Shown here one piece after another: positions 38,066 through 49,699 of a stretch of DNA of 64,000 nt. Made by a program: the position numbers and the translations under genes. Origin of the DNA: Mobula hypostoma (taxonomy: Eukaryota); the NCBI RefSeq assembly GCF_963921235.1, contig NC_086097.1, positions 168,828,001-168,892,000 of the forward strand. The letters run 5' to 3'. How positions within the stretch are numbered: the first letter of the stretch is position 1; each line of letters starts with the position of its first letter. Below the pieces are notes generated by a model that worked only from the letters and a program-made list of their open reading frames with translations, had not been told where the DNA came from and did not search any database.

Positions 38066-39395
38066 AACACACACAAAATGCTGGAGGAACTCAGTAGGCC
38101 TGGCAGCATCTATGGAAAAGAGTACAGTCAACGTTTTGGGCCGAGACCCTTCAGCAGGACTGGAGAAAAAAAGCTGAGGAGAAGATTTAAAAGAGTGGGG
38201 AGGGCAGAGAGAAACACAAAGTGATACAGTCGGCCCTCCTTATCCGCAAGTTCCGCATGTGCGAATTCAACCAACCGCGAACCGAGAAAACTGGAAGTGC
38301 TCTTCCAGCACTTGTTGTTCGAACATGTACAGACTTTTTTTTCTTGTCATTATTCCCTAAACAATGTAGTATAACAACTATTTTACATGGCATTTATATT
38401 GTATTAGGTATTATAAGTAATCTGGAGATGATTTAAAGTATACGGGAGGATGTGTGTAGGTTATCGTGGATCGGGATCGAAAACAAAACCATAAGTTCTC
38501 TTACTAAGTAAGTCGGAACAGGTACATCCAGTATTATTTAGCGTCAGTTAGTCAAACATTTGTCTTAGTATATAGTATATACTTTACCTTTCTATGCATA
38601 TAAAACACTTAAGAAACGTATGTTTTTGCGCCGGGCTCGCGAACGGAAATTCCCGAGTTCGATCCAGTGACAGACCACTCTCGAGCGCGCTCTCCATCCG
38701 TGCCGGGTTGATGTGGAGGATCAAAAACCCAAAACCCAATAATTAAACCATTGCGTTGCTTAGTAATAATTGTAGCTTTAATCGGGGCAGGGATTTTCTC
38801 ACTTTATCCTTTAAAATTGTTCCGATCGTTGACCGACTGTAGGCTAACACTTTTCCAATGACCGATGGCATTTCACCTCTTTTCGATTGCTTTATTATTT
38901 CCACTTAATTTTAAATCACTATCGTGATTATTTTCGTGAGCAGAAACACTGCGGATTCAGAGCTTCGCTGCCGGGTCCTAATGTCCACTGCACTGAGACA
39001 GGTTAAGTAAGGTCCGGGGTTCTGCTGGGTCCTAAGGTCCACCGCATTTAGACAGGTTGAAGAAGGACTTGAGCTTCGTGTTTTTTGGTATCCGCGAGGG
39101 GTCCCGGAACCAATCCCTTGCAGATAAGGAGGGCCGGCTGTACAGGTGAAACCTGAAGGGGGAAGAGTGAAGTAAGAGCTGGGGAGTTGATAGGTGAGAT
39201 AAATACAAGGCTGGAGTAGAAGAGGACAGAAGGCCATGGAAGAAAGAAAAGGGGGGAAGAGCACCAGAGGGAGGTGATGGGCAGGCAGGGAGATAAGATG
39301 AGAGAGGATAAAAGGGATGGGAAATGGTGAAGGAGGTGGGCGGCGGGGCATTACCAGAAGTTCGAGAAATTGATGTTCATGACATCAGGTTAGAG
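38066..39395 (-). mobile_element. Penelope-like terminal fragment (decayed hammerhead 38125-38162) interrupted by the MER2-like element
   Basis: Minus strand cagtc-CTGCTGA-agggtctcggccc-AAAAC-GTT-gactg; PLE 3' region resumes at 39143. Confidence 0.75.
38227..39140 (-). mobile_element. Tigger-family non-autonomous DNA transposon, MER2-like
   Basis: 24-bp TIR cagtcggccctccttatccgcaag / cttgcagataaggagggccggctg (22/24); TA TSD; ends and 38321-38465 resemble the mammalian MER2 consensus as recalled. Confidence 0.85.
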
Positions 39396-40989
39396 GTCAC
39401 ACAGATCCAATACTCCAGATGTGGCCTAACCAGAGTTTTATAAAGTTGCAACATAACCTCCTGACCTTTGAACTCAATGCCTTGACTAATAAAAGCAAGC
39501 ATTCCATAAGCCTTCTTAACAACTTATCGACCTGTGTAGCCACCTTCAAGGAGCTGTGAACTTGGATCCCAAGATCTCTCTGCTTAGCAACACTGTTAAG
39601 GATCTTGCCCTTAACAGTGTATTGTCTTCTTACATCCGCCCTACCGAGGTGCAACACCTCACATTTGTCTGGGTTAAACTCCGTCTACCATTTCTCAGCC
39701 AATATCTGCAACTGATCTATATTGTGCTGTATTCTTTGTCAGTCTTCTACACTATCCGCAACGCCACCGATCTTGATATCATCCGCAAATTTACGAACCC
39801 ACCATCTGCTTTTTCGTCCAGGTCATTTATATACTGTACATCACAAGCAGCAGAGGTCCCAGAACAGATCCCTGCAGAACACCACTAATTACAGATCTAT
39901 TGCTCGATTAAGTCCCTTCAACCATTACTCTCTGTCTTCTATGCGCAAGCCAGCTCTGAATCCAAACAGCCGCTGATCCCATGTATCTTACAAACAGTTT
40001 ATTAAAATCCACGTAGACAACATCCACTGCCCTGCCCTCATCACTCTCTCATCGCCTTAATCCCACTTGCCAAGGACTTTCCGTGGCCCTGCCTGGTTTG
40101 TCTAATCCCCTTCTTTAGTTTTATCTGGCTTCATTGTACTCCTCGTGCTTTGTTTGATCCTGACTTCCAAATTTTATGTACTTTTCCTTTTTCTTGACTA
40201 AATTTGTCACACCTCTGGACAGCCAAGGTTCTCTTATCTTTCCATCTCTGTCCTTCCTTCTAACAGAACATGCCTTTACTGTACTCTGTGCCATTGATCT
40301 TTAGACACCCGCCACATGCTTTCCTTCTAACAAGAATCTACCTTTACTGTACTCTGTGCAATTGATCTTTAAACACCCGCCACATGTCTGATGTGGATTT
40401 GCCAGAGAAAAGGTGTTCCCAATTAGCGCTTTTTAATTTCTACCTACTGCCCTCATAATTTGCCTTACTCCTATTTAAAACTCTCCCGCAAGGACTATTC
40501 CTATCCTTATCTATAGCCATCCTGGAAGATAAGGAGTTGTGGTCACTCTTCCGTAACTGTTCACCCACTGAAAGGTCAGTCACCTAGCCAGGCTCATTAC
40601 CCAACAGCAGATCCAGTACGGCCCCTCTTCTTGTTGGACCATCCACATGTTGGTTTAAGAAACTTCCCTGTATACACTTATCAAATTCAGCCCCATATAA
40701 ACCCGTTGCACTATAAAGGTCCCAGTTTATATTAGGGAAGTTAAAATCCCCCATGACAACAGCCCTATTATCTTTACATGTTTCCTTAATCTGATTACAT
40801 ATCTGTTCCTCAATGTCCTGGTGGATATTAGGGGGTCTGTAGCACAATCCCATCAGTGTGATTGCACCCTTTCTATTCCTGAGTTCCACTCAAATGGACT
40901 CAATGTCTGACCCCTCAATTATGTCTCCAGAGTGCAGCTGTGATATTTTCCCCGATTAGCAGTGCAACTCCCCCACCCCCTTCCTCCTC

Positions 40990-43352
40990 TATATATATTC
41001 AGGTGTCTTGCCATTCAGTGTGGGCAATCATGTCTCTCTATCCATCACGGTCCGTGACCGTCCGAATTGTAGTTGTTGCCTCCCCTGTTTCTAACCATGA
41101 TGTTATTCCATCTATCATTTTCATTCTCTGTCTGCCTCTGCTTCTTTTTCCTTCCAGCTTTCCAGTTGTAACTAAATGTTCTAATGTCTCTCTTTGCATG
41201 ATGCGTCCAAAGAATTTTGATTGCTGTTTTCTGATTTTTTTTTAAGTAATGTACGTTTTCATTCTCTGTAGAACTTCTTCGTTGGTTATCCTGTCCGTAT
41301 ATGATATGCGTAGCATTCTTCGGAGGAGCCACATCTCTGCTGCATTGATTCTTTTTTCCATTGCATTTGTGATAGTCCATGACTCGCAGCCATACATCAA
41401 TATAGGAAGAATGTAGCAGCTGAGAGTTCTAAGGCGGATGTCAATTGCTATTTTCTTGTTCGTTAGGATGTTTCTCATTTCTGTAAATGCTGTTCTTGCC
41501 ATTGCTATTCTTGCTTTTATGTCTGTTTCGCATTTGCCATCAGATGTTACCCATGATCCAAGGTACTTGAAGTTGTGAACTTGTTTCAGGATTTCATTTT
41601 CCAATACAATCCTATAATTTGGGATATCAGGTTTCTTTGATATTACCATTACAGGTGCCCCCGCTTTTCGAACGTTCGCTTTACAAAAGCTCACTGTTAC
41701 GGAAAAAAAGCAGCGCGTGCCCCAAGCAGCCGCTCTCCCCCGGATTCGGAATGGCATTCTAGCCAGCATTGCTTAAACACGTGCCTGTGAGCAGCCGTTA
41801 GCAAGATGAGTTCTAAGGTATCGGAAAAGCCTAGAAGAGCTTGTAAGGGTGTTACACTTAGCGTAAAACTAGACATAATTAAGCGTTTTGATTGTGGTGA
41901 ACGAAGCAAGGACAAAGTGAGTTTGGCTTGTGGGAGCTGATGAAGATGATGTTGAAGACGTTTTGACATCCCATGACCAAGAACTGATAGATGAAGAGCT
42001 GATGCAATTGGAAGAAGAAAGGATAACAATTGAAAGCGAATGCAGTAGCAAACTGAATGTGAAGCAACTGCGTGATATTTTCACTGCAATAATAAAGTAT
42101 GACTTTAATTTTGAAAGGGTACGTAGGTTTAGGAGATACTTGCAGGATGGTTTGAGTCCTTACAAAGAACTGTACGATAGAAAAATGTGCGAGGCTCAGC
42201 AGTCAAGCAAGCCTTCCACATCAGCCACAGCAGACGACGAACCTCAACCTTCGACATCGAGGCAGGCAGTCACAGGAGAAGATGAGCTGCCTGCTCTAAT
42301 GGAAACAGACGACGAGATGACACCCCAGTGTCCCACCACCCCGCGATTCGCGGAGAATGCAGCAGTAGCTGGGAGGCACACAGCACATCTTTAAGAAAAA
42401 GGCCAAAATAAACATGCTAATTAATTAGGTGCCCCTCGACATGTAATTGTCGGCCCAGATCAGAGACGACGCAATCGGAAATCGGCACTGATCTGGGCCG
42501 ACAATTATGTGCCGGGCGGCACCTAATTAATTAGCATGTTTATTTTGGCTTTTTTCTTAAAGATGTACTGTGTGCCTCCCGGCTACCGCTGCACCCCTGC
42601 GTGCTTCGCTGATTGGTATCGGTCGCCTGGAGGGCGGGGGCCACTGCACCACCCAACCTGCGACGACTCAGTCTAACACACCATCATCAGTGTGCTCGGT
42701 GCTGAACCAATTCCGTTAAGTGATACTACACTGTACATACATTATTTCTACTTTATATAGGCTGTGTATTTTTACGTGTTATTTGGTATGATTTGGCAGC
42801 TTCATAGCTTAAAGGTTACTGGAGAGCGCTTGCGCCGTGTTTTTGCCAACGGCGCTTGCGTGAGATTTTCGCTACGGAGAACAGTGCAGTAATGATTGTG
42901 GAAAAGTATTTCTACTTTATATAGGCTGTGTATTTATCATATCATTCCTGCTTTTACTATATGTTACTGTTATTTTACGTTTTAAGTGTTATTTGACATG
43001 ATTTGGTAGGTTATTTTTGGGTCTGCGAACGCTCACAAATTTTTCCCATATAAATAAATGGTAATTGCTTCTTCGTTTTACAACATTTCGGCTTACGAAC
43101 CATTTCATAGGAACGCTCTACCTTCGGATGGCGGGGGAAACCTGTACTTCAGTTTTCTTTTTGTTTAAGGTTAGGCCAAGTCTTTCGCTGTCTGTGTTGA
43201 TGGTAGATACTAGTTTCTGTAAATTTACTCCACTGTTGGCTATCAGTACTATATCATCCACATTGCGGAGGTTGCTAATATTATATCCTCCTATACTTAT
43301 TCCAGGTAGGTCTTGTATGGTTCTCATGATGTTTTCACTAAGGATTTGCTTT
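40990..43352 (-). mobile_element. RTE-clade LINE, 5'-truncated, interrupted by Tigger-like copy 2
   Basis: ISNLRNVDD, LNKKKTEV|MVISKK across the insertion, FKYLGS, ILMYGCESWT, AAEMWLLRRMLRISYTDRITNEEVL. Confidence 0.85.
41652..43144 (+). mobile_element. Tigger/pogo-like non-autonomous element, copy 2 (~1.5 kb)
   Basis: TA TSD; caggtgcccccgcttttcgaacgtt … ccttcggatggcgggggaaacctg; homologous to 25542-28699 in the opposite orientation. Confidence 0.87.
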
Positions 43353-43524
43353 CATTTTTTTAACCCCCCCCCCCCAACCTACCTGCCTGTCCTTTCATTA
43401 CAATGTGTATCCTTGGATGTTAAGCTCCCAACTGTAATCTCTATTCAGCCATGGCTCAGTGAAGCTCACAATGTCATACCTGCCAATCCCTAACTGTGCT
43501 ACAAGATCATCTACCTTATTCCAT

Positions 43525-44856
43525 ATAGAACATAGAACATAAAATAGTACAGCACGTTACAGGCCCTTCGGTCCACAATGTTGTGCCGACCCTCAAACCC
43601 TGCCTCCCATATACCCTCCCCCACCTTAAGTTCCTCCATATACCTGTCTAGTAGTCTCTTAAACTTCACTAGTGTATCTGCCTCCACCACTGACTCAGGC
43701 AGTGCATTCCACGCACCAAACACTCTCTGAGTAAAAAACCTTCCTCGGATATCCCCCTTGAACTTCCCACCGCTTACCTTAAAGCCATGTTCTCTTGTAT
43801 TGAACAGTGGTGCCGTGGGGAAGAGGTGCTGGCTATCCACTCTATCTATTCCTCTTAATATCTTGTATACCTCTATCATGTCTCCTCTCATCCTCCTCCT
43901 CTCCAAAGAGTAAAGCCCTAGCTCCTTTAATCTCTGATCATAATGCATACTCTCTAAACCGGGCAGCATCCTGGTAAATCGCCTCTGTACCCTTTCCAAT
44001 GCTTCCACATCCTTCCTATAGTGAGGCGACCAGAACTGGACACAGTACTCCAGGTGTGGCCTAACCAGAGTTTTATAGAGCTGCATCATTACATCAAGAC
44101 TCTTAAACTCTGTCCCTCGACTTATGAAAGCTAACACCCCATAAGCTTTCTTAACTGCCCTATCTACCTGTGAGGCAACTTTCAGGGATCTGTGGACATG
44201 TACCCCCAGATCCCTCTGCTCCTCCACACTACCAAGTATCCTGCCATTTACTTTGTACTCTGCCTTGGAGTTTGTCCTTCCAAAGTGTACCACCTCACAC
44301 TTCCTCAGCCCACTTCTGCATCCTATCAATGTCTCTCTGCAATCTTCAACAATCCTCTACACTACCTACAACACCCCCAACCTTTGTGTCATCTGCAAAC
44401 TTGCCAACCCACCCTTCTACCCCCACATCCAGATCGTTAATAAAAATCACGAAAAGTAGAGGTCCCAGAACAGATCCTTGTGGGACACCACTAGTCACAA
44501 CCCTCCAATCCGAATGCAGTCCCTCCACCACGACCTTCTGCCTTCTGCAAGCAAGCCAATTCTGAATCCACCTGGCCAAACTTCCCTGGATCCCATGCCT
44601 TCTGACTTTCTGAATAAGCCTACCGTGTGGAACCTTGTCAAATGCCTTACTAAAATCCATGTAGCTCACATCCACTGCACTACCCTCATCTATATGCCTG
44701 GTTACCTCCTCAAAGAACTCTATCAGGCTTGTTAGACACGATCTGCCCTTTACAAAGCCATGTTGACTGTCCCTGATCAGACCGTGATTCTCTAAATGCC
44801 CATAAATCCTATCTCTAAGACTCTTTTCCAACAGCTTTCCCACCACAGACGTAAGA
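43525..44856 (-). mobile_element. 5'-truncated CR1 of the young family
   Basis: RT ORFs 43511-44329 and 44346-44856; (catagaa)n tail. Confidence 0.9.
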
Positions 44857-45130
44857 CTGCATGCATTCAAATGTAACAAATTCAACATGAAAATGTAAAA
44901 TGTAAAAATCTATATAGCGTCGTAGCATTGGTATTCATATCTTGAATTTTCTTGTAAAATTTCATTTTCATATGTAGTAGACATTGACCTAAGAATGTGT
45001 TGGTCATTAATCTTTGCATCGTTTTGTTTTCTGATTTTATTGATGCTTGAATAGGGCACATGCATAAATAAGCTAAACTTTTAACAAATACCTGTAGTTT
45101 ATTTAAGAACAGTAATAGGAGTATTATCAT

Positions 45131-46172
45131 GAACAAAAGAAAATCTGCAGATGCTGAAAATCAAGATTACACACGTACAATGCTGGAAGAACTCAGCAGG
45201 CAAAGCAGCATCTATGGGAAGGAGTAAACAGTCGTTGTTTCGGGCCAAGACCCTTGATTGGTGAAAGAAATAAAGGGCTGGAGAAAGGGGAACCTGATAG
45301 GAGAGGACAGAAGGCCATAGGAGAAAGGAGAAAGGGGAGGAGCACAAGAAGGAGGTGATGGGCAGGTAAGGAGATCCAGTGAGAGAGGGAAATGGGAATT
45401 GGGGGGGGGGGCTTCAATTATCGGAAGTTGGAGACATCAATGTTCATGCCATCAGATTGGAGGCTTCCCAGATGGAATATAAGGTATCTCTCCTCCAATC
45501 TGAGTGCGGCCTCATCACAGCTTTAGAGAACCATGGACTGACATATTGGAATGGGAAGTAGAATTGAAATGTGTAGCCACTGGGAGATCTCACTTCTTCT
45601 GGTGGACAGAGCATAGGTGCTCAGCAAAGCAGTCTCCCAATCTATGTCAGGTCTCACTGATAAACAGGAGGCCACATCAGGAGCACTGGATACAGTAGAT
45701 AACCCCAACTGACTCACAGGTAATTTTTGCCTCACCTGGAAGGTCTGCTTGGGACCCTGAATGGTAGTGAGGGAGGATGTGTAGGGGCAGGCGTGGAACT
45801 TGTTCTACTTGCAATGGTAAGTATCAGGAGGGCAATCAGTGAGGAATTGTGTGGAGAGCAATACTTGCGGAGAGCAGAAAGTGGAGGGTGATGTGCTTGG
45901 TGGTGGGATCCCGTTGGATATGATGGAAGTTACAGACAGTTATGTGCTGGGCGTGGCGGCTGGTGGGGTAGTAGGTGAATGCAAAAGGAACCCTATCTCT
46001 TGTGGCAGGCAGATGAGGTGAGTACAGATGCGCGTGAAATGGAAGAGATGTAGGTGATGGTGCAGGAAGGAAAGCCCCTTTCATTCAAGAAGGAGGACAT
46101 CTCATTAGTTCTGGAATGAAAAGCCTCATCCTGAGAGCAGATGTGGCAGAGATGGAGGAATTGAGAGGAGGG
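45131..46172 (-). mobile_element. Degenerate Penelope-like element
   Basis: Antisense similarity to 4110-5349, including the GIY-YIG region and terminal sequence. Confidence 0.8.
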
Positions 46173-46184
46173 AAATGCCATGTT

Positions 46185-46748
46185 TGCATTCATTTCAAGG
46201 TGATGCTGAGGCTTCATAAGGCACTGGTGAGGCCTCACCTTGAGTATTGTGAACAGTTTTGGGCCCCTCATCTTAGAAAAGATGTGCTGACATGGAGAGG
46301 GTCCAGAGGAGGTTCACAAGGATGATAGAATTGGGGGGGGGGGGGCGCGGGGAAATCTCATTGAAACCTTTTGAATGTTGAAAGGCCTAGGCAGAGTAGA
46401 TGTGGGAGGGATATTTCCCGTGGTGGGGGAGTCTAGGACAAGAGGGCACAGCCTCAGGACAGAGGTGCTCCCTTTCAAAGCAGAGATGCAGAGAAATTTC
46501 TTTACCCAAAGGGTAGTGAATTTATGGAATTTGTTGCCACATGCAGCTGTGGAGGCAAGGTCGCTGGGTGTATTTAAGGCAGAGATCGATAGGTTCTTGA
46601 TTGGACATGGCATTAAAGGTTATGGGGAGAAGGCGGGGAACTGGGGTTGAGGAGGAGATAGAAAAAAGAATCAGCCATGATTGAATGGCAGAGCAAACTC
46701 AATGGGCCAGATGGCCTAATTCTGCTCCTATGTCTTATGGTCTTATGG
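46185..46748 (+). mobile_element. CR1 3' fragment
   Basis: [16 protein letters not shown]…FFTQRVVNLWN; tail tgtcttatggtcttatgg. Confidence 0.8.
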
Positions 46749-46988
46749 CAACCAATGGAAGGTCCAACGGTCAAGAAGGTAGTCTCTGTAAGTGTCATGG
46801 AACGCATAGAGCAGGACAAGGCGCAGAAGATGTCCTGGGCATCCACTGTGCCTAGTCCCATCTCCAGTCGTCTCGACTCTCATCTTGCCACCGGATCCAG
46901 ATGCGAATTGGGAAGAGAGAGTGAGGCTGACACTGCGCAATTCTCCCTCACTTAAATCCAAATCGCACTAGTCTCGAAACTGTCAAAG

Positions 46989-47130
46989 CTGGCTGGTGAC
47001 TTAGTGGCATCAGCGCTGGACTTCCGGGTGAGAGGTCCTGAGTTTGAATCCAGCTGGCTCCCTTGCATGCTCTCCATCCGTGCTGGGTTGAGCATCGAGC
47101 CAGCAACTCGATCTCGTTAAAAAAAATACT
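46989..47130 (+). mobile_element. tRNA-derived SINE
   Basis: A-box-like tggtgacttagtgg, B-box-like gagtttgaatcc, A-rich end; a related fragment lies at ~38630-38715. Confidence 0.55.
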
Positions 47131-47405
47131 AATGGTGTCGGAGGTCTTCATCGATGACGATGGCCAAACCTTAGTTTAGGGTTTATAGGGTCTGTCGGGG
47201 GTTGCTGGGACGGTATGGCTGGAAGGGCATACTCCATACTGTATCACTAAATAAATAACGCCAGACTTGCCAATGTTTTGACTCTTTATTGCTTCCACAG
47301 TCAGGCGCATTAAGGGATGGATTATAATTGGTGACATTAAATGTTTGTTACATCATACTTGTTTGTGAGTGTTTGTTACATCATACTTGCTGTAACACTA
47401 CGATA

Positions 47406-48013
47406 AGATTCAAGATTCAAAATTGTTTAAATCCAGTGCCAGTAGACAAGTGAAAAGGAGATGAAATAATTGTTACTCTGGTTCCGATGCAGCACAAAAA
47501 ACCCCCCACTAAGATAAAGAACACAATAAAAAAGCACAATAAATATAAATATGTTATAAACATAGTTTATATACATTAATTGTACACTAATAAAGTGGCA
47601 CTAAGCACTGTAGTGTCTGGAGAAGGTGACTGACAGGAAATGATAAAGTGGTGGTTGGGGGTGTGGAGGGGTGTGTTACTGGTGTTGATTAGCCTTGCTG
47701 CTTGGGGAGATTAACTGGTGTTGAGTTTGGTGATTCTGGTGTGGAGGCTACCCTGAAAGGAGTGGGACAAGTAATTCCATGAGCAGGGTGGGATCCTTTG
47801 TGATGTTACTGGCTCTTTTCCAGCATCTTTGTCCTTGATGGTGGGCAGGCTTGTGCCAGTGATGCACTGGGCAGTTTTAATTACCCTTTGTAGAGCCATA
47901 CAGTCCTCCGCATTGCACTTTCCATATCATACAGTGATGCAGGATGCTCTCTATTGTGCAGATGTAGAATGACATGAATATTGATGTGCATAGTTCAGCT
48001 CTCTTCAGCCTTA
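47406..48013 (-). mobile_element. Rex1/Babar-like LINE 3' fragment
   Basis: FYICTIESIL…ALQRVIKTAQCITGTSLP; (caagatt)n tail. Confidence 0.6.
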
Positions 48014-48027
48014 ACAGACTAGCATTT

Positions 48028-48257
48028 AAGCAACATACATCAAAGTTGCTGGTGAGCGCAGCAGGCCAAGCAGCATCTATAGGAAGAGGCGCAGTCGACG
48101 TTTCAGGCCGAGACCCTTCGTCAGGTCCTGACGAAGGGTCTCGGCCTGAAACGTCGACAGCGCCTCTTCCTATAGATGCTGCTTGGCCTGCTGCGCTCAC
48201 CAGCAACTTTGATGTATGTTGCTTGAATTTCCAGCATCTGCAGAATTCCTGTTGTTT
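48028..48257. mobile_element. Palindromic PLE-derived mini-element with two hammerhead cores
   Basis: 98-bp arms 48028-48125 / 48127-48224 (1 mismatch, 1-nt spacer); 16-bp flanking direct repeat acagactagcatttaa / acaggctagcatttaa (48014-48029, 48258-48273). Confidence 0.9.
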
Positions 48258-48525
48258 ACAGGCTAGCATTTAATTGTTTTTTGTATTATATGAAAGATCA
48301 GTGTGGAATTTAAAATGCGATCAAGCATATTAAAACTGAAAATAATATTTTCATCATATGCAGTATTAAGTGTAAAAGCAAGAGTATATGTTTCCATTTG
48401 ATATTGGCAAAAGTTGGAACAAATTTTAACTTGTTCAAAAAGATAAGTGGAGCAGAAGAAAAAAAGAAAGGTCTATGACAAGGTGAAGAGAATCTAACAC
48501 TTAGGAAACTATTCTATCTTCACAG

Positions 48526-48699
48526 CACTCCACTACGATATTTGGCAACTCCTGCTCTGCAGAGCATTGTGGGAGACAAATTCCAGACCCTCAAATGGAA
48601 AGAAATGGAAAAGGTACCAGCTTTCCCAAGAATCAGTGAGGTGGAAATGGAGCTCTGTATCCCAGGAGGAGGAATAACAAAATCACTCTATGCTGACAG
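48526..48699 (+). CDS. PSMG2: PSMG2 exon 5
   Basis: cacag acceptor; TPLRYLATPALQSIVGDKFQTLKWKEMEKVPAFPRISEVEMELCIPGGGITKSLYAD(S); GTAAGT donor; 174 nt; conserved IPGGGITK motif. Confidence 0.95.
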
Positions 48700-49699
48700 G
48701 TAAGTTTGATAAGTTTATGGTGCTAGAACTTAGTCCTAGTAGTGTTCACTAAGGATCCAGTTTATATGTGTATCTGTTTAGATGTGATAATATTTGATAC
48801 CCTAAACCATGAGAACTGGTGGGACTGGATTTGAACTTAAATTTGTTTGCTGATCCAGATGCCCGAGATTGTGCAATAATTTGGATTGGTACAATACGCT
48901 GTCTTTGTTTCTGACTTGCAAAGCTTCTGCTATAAAATCATAAGTCACAGAAAATATTGCACATTAAGTTGCATTCTTGAGTTTTGGAAAGCTACAGTGT
49001 GTTCTGGCTGGCTAAGATTTTTTTACACAGAATTATTTACACAGAAGACCTTTTGAAGAAGAATGGGATCCTTACCAGGAGAGTTAGAAGAGATGAACAA
49101 CAGCTTAATTGAAGCATTGTATTTGCTGACATAGGGAGAGTTATAGTGAATTTAAAGGGCTAGTGTGACATTTCCAAATAGGACCAAAGGAACTTCAGGC
49201 TGTCTTGCAGAGAAAAACAGATAGTTGAAATACCAGTCGAGGTTGGAGGGCAAGGATGCCTCAGTGGGGCAAGCATATTTATAGATCTAATGAACAAATA
49301 CAGCAGTACAGTGAGGAGAGGTAAGAGAGGTCCAGTAAAGATCAGATTTGAATTAGTACGTGGTAGAGTTTGTGACACTGAAAAGAAACTTTAAAAGAGA
49401 GAAGTTTTTTTTGTAGAAATTTGTAATCCTGGTATGGGTATGATGTGTTTTTGGTTGAAGAGAGCACCAGGACAGGATGACCCGCTGCCTGAACCACTGT
49501 GTTCCTCCAGTATTTAGTGTTGCATCTGATTAGGGCACAGGAGTGAAACAGAAGTTTTTGTTGGGACATCGGCCATCTTCATCAATTGGCAGAGATTTTG
49601 GCTCATCTCTAAGAGACTGTTTTCATTAAGCTAAGTTTTAGGGAGAAAATACTTGTGTTGCTGGAAGGAATAATCCTCCTTTGTGAAAGAGAATAAAAC

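Larger units (their letters stand above)
39396..43524 (-). mobile_element. Old CR1 (EN-RT remnants) interrupted by an RTE element
   Basis: ELRNRKG…YRPPN…MGDFNFP at 40584-40889; EN start resumes at ~43360-43524. Confidence 0.75.

Noticed and set aside
38227..39140. Human contamination as the source of the MER2-like sequence
   Set aside because: The element has a TA TSD inside a locally abundant PLE family and contains a fragment of a local SINE, so it appears integrated in this genome.
46989..47070. Possible tRNA gene
   Set aside because: A/B-box-like motifs but no convincing cloverleaf; continues into a SINE body and A-rich end.
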